The notes under the pieces were generated by a model that was not told the DNA's origin, did not search any database, and saw only the letters and a program-made list of their open reading frames with translations. 60,606 nucleotides of DNA from Dehalococcoides sp. JdFR-56 (GTDB lineage Bacteria; Chloroflexota; Dehalococcoidia; Dehalococcoidales; RBG-16-60-22): contig MTNR01000024.1 in the NCBI GenBank assembly GCA_002011495.1, positions 1 through 60,606 of the forward strand, given 5' to 3'. Position 1 is the first letter of the stretch, and each line of letters opens with the position of its first letter. The translations under genes were made by a program, and so were the position numbers. Shown here one piece after another: positions 57,221 through 60,606 of this stretch.

Positions 57221-57681
57221 GACAGGATCATCTCTCCCCGCCCCCTGGCGCCAAGCGAGCCAGGAAACGAGTGGGGCGAGGCAACAGCAGCGGCCATGGC
57301 ACCTACTCCGGACGGGGCTTAAAAGGACAGAAGTCCCGCAGCGGGAATAAGGTGCGCCCGGGCTTTGAGGGCGGGCAGCTGCCTTTAATCAAGCGTCTGC
57401 CCCGCAAGCGTGGCTTCACCAATATTTTCCGCACCGAGTACAGCATCGTCAACCTGGGTAGGCTCAATATCTTTGCGCCGGGAAGCGAGGTAACGCCAGA
57501 AAAGCTTCTCTCCGCGGGGCTGGTGAAATCTCTGCGCCGGCCAATCAAGATTCTGGCCAATGGTGAAATAAGCCAGCCCATTACCATTAAAGCGAACAAA
57601 TTTTCCGCCGCCGCTAAAGCCAAGATAGAAGCAGCCGGGGGTAAAGTTGAGGAGGTGGAGTATGCGGCCACGGCAAACTAA
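57217..57681 (+). CDS. rplO: 50S ribosomal protein L15
   Basis: [23 protein letters not shown] motif. GTG start. Confidence 0.95.
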   Translation: MRQDHLSPPPGAKRARKRVGRGNSSGHGTYSGRGLKGQKSRSGNKVRPGFEGGQLPLIKRLPRKRGFTNIFRTEYSIVNLGRLNIFAPGSEVTPEKLLSAGLVKSLRRPIKILANGEISQPITIKANKFSAAAKAKIEAAGGKVEEVEYAATAN

Positions 57682-58972
57682 GCCCAAACTCCTCCAGGCC
57701 ATGCTTGACGCCTTCAGTCTGCCTGACTTGAGGCGCCGCATCCTGATTACCATCGGCATCCTGGTCATCTTCCGCTTTGTGGCGCACGTGCCTCTTCCCG
57801 GGGTGGACCAGAGCGCTCTCCAGGCACTCTTTGAGCGCAACGCCCTGATGGGCATGCTTGACCTGTTCAGCGGTGGCGCCATGCGACGGCTTAGCGTGGC
57901 CGCCATGGGGGTCTATCCCTACATCACGGCGTCAATTATCATGATGCTGCTGGTGCCAGTTATCCCGCGCCTGCAGGCCCTTTCCCAGGAGGGAGAAGCC
58001 GGCAGAAACAAGATAAATCTCATCACCCACTGGATGGTGATACCTCTAGCCTCCATCCAGGGCTACGGGCAGCTGGTCTTCCTCCAGCGTGAAGGCGTGG
58101 TCAGCAGCGTTGACCCGCTGGCCATGACCGCCATGGTGCTGTCCATGGTGGCGGGCACCATTTTTCTAGTCTGGCTGGGTGAGCTGATCACCGAATATGG
58201 CATCGGCAACGGCATCTCACTCATCATCTTCGGGGGCATCGTCGCTCGTCTGCCGGAGATGATTGGGCAGGGCTTTTTGGCCAAAGAGAACTTTCTTGGG
58301 CTGTCTCTCTACGTTATCATCTTGGTGCTCACCATTGTGGTCATTGTCATCTTCACCGAGGCACACCGCCGCATCCCAGTACAGTATGCTAAAAGCGTCT
58401 TCCGCGGTGGCCGCATGTACCGGCAATCAGGAACCACGCATATCCCGTTGCGGGTGAATGCCGCGGGCATGATCCCGCTTATCTTCGCCATGTCTCTGGT
58501 CATCTTCCCGGGCATCGTGGCCAGCTACTTCGCCAACCCCGCTGAGCCCAACTTCGCCGACTTTGTCATGCGCGTGTTCAACCCCAATGCCCCTCTGCCG
58601 CTGGGCCTATTTTACTGGGGTCTCTATTTTCTCATGGCGGTGGCCTTCACCTTCTTCTACACCATGGTCATCTACCAGCAGCAGGATTTGCCCGGGGTCT
58701 TGCAGCGCCAGGGAGGGTTTATCCCCGGTATTCGTCCCGGGAAAAACACCGCGACCTACCTCAATGGCGTCATCAACCGCATTACCTGGGGTGGCGCCCT
58801 TTTCCTGGCCACGGTGGCGGTGATGCCCTTTATCGCCCGGCAGATCACCAATGTCCAGGTGATACAGATATCCAGCCTGGGGTTGATCATCATGGTGGGC
58901 GTGGTGCTGGATACCATGAAGCAGCTTGAGGCGCAGCTGGTCATGCGGCGCTACGAGGGATTTATACGCTAG
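57662..58972 (+). CDS. secY: Preprotein translocase subunit SecY
   Basis: 10-TM SecY sequence ([26 protein letters not shown]). ATG 57662 follows GAGGAGGTGGAG; 57647 is an alternative start. Confidence 0.93.
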   Translation: MRPRQTKPKLLQAMLDAFSLPDLRRRILITIGILVIFRFVAHVPLPGVDQSALQALFERNALMGMLDLFSGGAMRRLSVAAMGVYPYITASIIMMLLVPVIPRLQALSQEGEAGRNKINLITHWMVIPLASIQGYGQLVFLQREGVVSSVDPLAMTAMVLSMVAGTIFLVWLGELITEYGIGNGISLIIFGGIVARLPEMIGQGFLAKENFLGLSLYVIILVLTIVVIVIFTEAHRRIPVQYAKSVFRGGRMYRQSGTTHIPLRVNAAGMIPLIFAMSLVIFPGIVASYFANPAEPNFADFVMRVFNPNAPLPLGLFYWGLYFLMAVAFTFFYTMVIYQQQDLPGVLQRQGGFIPGIRPGKNTATYLNGVINRITWGGALFLATVAVMPFIARQITNVQVIQISSLGLIIMVGVVLDTMKQLEAQLVMRRYEGFIR

Positions 58973-59053
58973 ATGAGGTAAGGAGTATCTAGGTATCGGG
59001 GCCGATAACACACCCGATACAGCGAGGAAAAAGTTAGCCAACAGGAGCCAAAG

Positions 59054-59716
59054 TTGTATCTTATCTTTCTCGGCCCCCCTGGGGCAGGTAAAGGAACCCA
59101 GGCGGAAGCGGTCGCCAGAAGACTCAATCTGGCTCACATCGCCCCCGGAGACCTATTCCGGCAGGCGGTGGAGCAAGGGACCGAGCTGGGCCTTAAGGCC
59201 AAATCCTACCTGGAGAAAGGGGTGCTCGTTCCGGACGGCATAACCATAAAGATGGTGCTGGAGCGGCTGGAGGCTCCTGACTGTGAAGCTGGAGTAATCT
59301 TTGACGGCTTTCCACGGAATTTGGAGCAGGCCAAGGCGCTGGAACAAGCCCTGGCCAAGGAGTCCAAAGTCATAGACAAGGTGATATATATCAAAGTGTC
59401 CCAAGAGGAACTGGTAAGACGGCTCAGCGGGCGCTGGCTTTGTCGCCATTGCCAGGCAGTTTATAATATAATAGATTCTGCACCCAAAATTTGGGGCAAA
59501 TGTGATAAGTGTGGCGGGGAGCTGTATCAACGCCCTGATGACGCCCCTGAGACAGTGAAAAAGAGATTGGAGGTCTATGCTGCCGAGACCGCACCACTGA
59601 TAGACTACTACGCCCGCAGTGGTAAGCTTTTGGAAGTTGATGGTGAGGCAAGCGTTGAAGAGGTAACACGGAGAATCGTGGCCGCCCTCGGTAAGGGGGA
59701 ATATGTAGCTAGATGA
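59054..59716 (+). CDS. adk: Adenylate kinase (zinc-lid form)
   Basis: GPPGAGKGTQ P-loop. Lid CRHC...CDKCGG. TTG start. Confidence 0.95.
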   Translation: MYLIFLGPPGAGKGTQAEAVARRLNLAHIAPGDLFRQAVEQGTELGLKAKSYLEKGVLVPDGITIKMVLERLEAPDCEAGVIFDGFPRNLEQAKALEQALAKESKVIDKVIYIKVSQEELVRRLSGRWLCRHCQAVYNIIDSAPKIWGKCDKCGGELYQRPDDAPETVKKRLEVYAAETAPLIDYYARSGKLLEVDGEASVEEVTRRIVAALGKGEYVAR

Positions 59717-60468
59717 TCATCATCAAGAATGATGAAGAGCTTGTCTGCATGCGGCAAGCGGGGAGAATCGTGGCCATTATATTGGAAATATTAACTAAAG
59801 AGATAAAGCCGGGGATGGAAACCGGAGAGTTAGACGCCATCGCCGCCCGGGAACTGGAGAGGCGGGGGGCCAAGTCCTCCTTCAAGGGCTATCACGGGTT
59901 CCCGGCCAACCTCTGCGTCTCGGTGAATGATGAGGTGGTGCACGGCATCCCGGGAAAGCGGGTGCTGCGGGAGGGGGATATTGTCTCCCTTGACTTTGGC
60001 GCCATCTTTGAGGGCCTTCAGGCTGATGCCGCGGTGACCGTGGGCGTGGGCGAGGTAAGCCCTGCGGCGAAACGGCTCATGGCCACCACCAAGGGTGCCC
60101 TGGAAGCAGGCATCAGCGCCGCCCGCGCCGGGGCCAGGCTGGGAAATATCTCAGCCGCCATTCAGCACTACGTGGAGTCAAGAGGTTACTCGGTAGTGCG
60201 CGAATATACTGGGCACGGCATTGGCCGCGAGATGCATGAGGAGCCGCAGATACCCAACTTCGGCCTGTCTGGGCAGGGGCCGGTGCTGAAAAAAGGCATG
60301 ACCCTCGCCCTGGAGCCCATGGTGAACATAGGCGATTGGCGCACCCGGGTCAGTGATAACCACTGGACAGTGCTCACTGCCGATGGCAGTCTTTCCGCAC
60401 ACTTTGAACACACCATTGCCATTACTGACGGTGAAGCGGAGGTGCTGACTAAAGAGGTTTATGCCTAA
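59713..60468 (+). CDS. map: Type I methionine aminopeptidase
   Basis: 251 aa, metal ligand pattern (D..D..H..E..E), [11 protein letters not shown]. Confidence 0.95.
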   Translation: MIIIKNDEELVCMRQAGRIVAIILEILTKEIKPGMETGELDAIAARELERRGAKSSFKGYHGFPANLCVSVNDEVVHGIPGKRVLREGDIVSLDFGAIFEGLQADAAVTVGVGEVSPAAKRLMATTKGALEAGISAARAGARLGNISAAIQHYVESRGYSVVREYTGHGIGREMHEEPQIPNFGLSGQGPVLKKGMTLALEPMVNIGDWRTRVSDNHWTVLTADGSLSAHFEHTIAITDGEAEVLTKEVYA

Positions 60469-60606
60469 AAAGGAGACGATTGAAGTCGAGGGGACAGTGG
60501 TGGAGGCGCTGCCCAATGCCATGTTTCGCGTTGAGCTGGCCAATGGGCATATGGTGCTGGCGCACATTTCGGGTAAAATAAGAATGCATTATATCAGGGT
60601 TCTGCC
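60461..60606 (+). CDS. infA: Translation initiation factor IF-1 (3' end outside window)
   Basis: Hand translation from ATG 60461 gives [48 protein letters not shown]. Not in the ORF track because there is no stop in the window. Confidence 0.9.
   Translation, partial: MPKKETIEVEGTVVEALPNAMFRVELANGHMVLAHISGKIRMHYIRVL

Overview
60.6 kb of bacterial chromosome at roughly 58% GC by eye, dense with housekeeping genes. From recollection, the content and order look Chloroflexota/Dehalococcoidia-like (pheST, a hypothetical, proS; dxr-rseP-ispG; str/S10/spc block without tuf; frequent GTG/TTG starts); no search was run. Contents: ribBA(partial)-ribH, bioY, an MFS transporter, thrS, infC-rpmI-rplT, pheS-pheT, proS, a large surface-anchored metallophosphoesterase, dxr-rseP-ispG, a sensor kinase/two response regulator/Crp-Fnr operon with a downstream ferredoxin and a small Cys/His protein, an IMPDH-family protein, rsmI, metG, a polyprenyl synthase, ftsH, an endonuclease IV-like gene, tRNA-Thr(CGU), an M42 peptidase, a lipoate-linked cluster (AcoX-like kinase, E2, E3, lipB, lipA) with no E1, an HpcH-type aldolase, then rpsL to infA (about 15 kb). 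Two stretches are clearly AT-richer (about 40% GC by eye). One is a 1676-bp IS6-like element (43458-45133) with 21-bp inverted repeats, an 8-bp target duplication and an extra membrane-anchored ORF, inserted 6 bp upstream of the putative rpsL promoter. The other is a 225-aa membrane protein gene whose start overlaps the ispG stop. The other main lead is a pair of near-identical 16-bp palindromic sites with identical class-II-like spacing in front of the two genes downstream of the Crp/Fnr regulator. I saw no CRISPR array, rRNA, prophage or recognisable defence system. I cannot support a claim of a fully novel multi-gene system; the findings are candidates ranked by interest.
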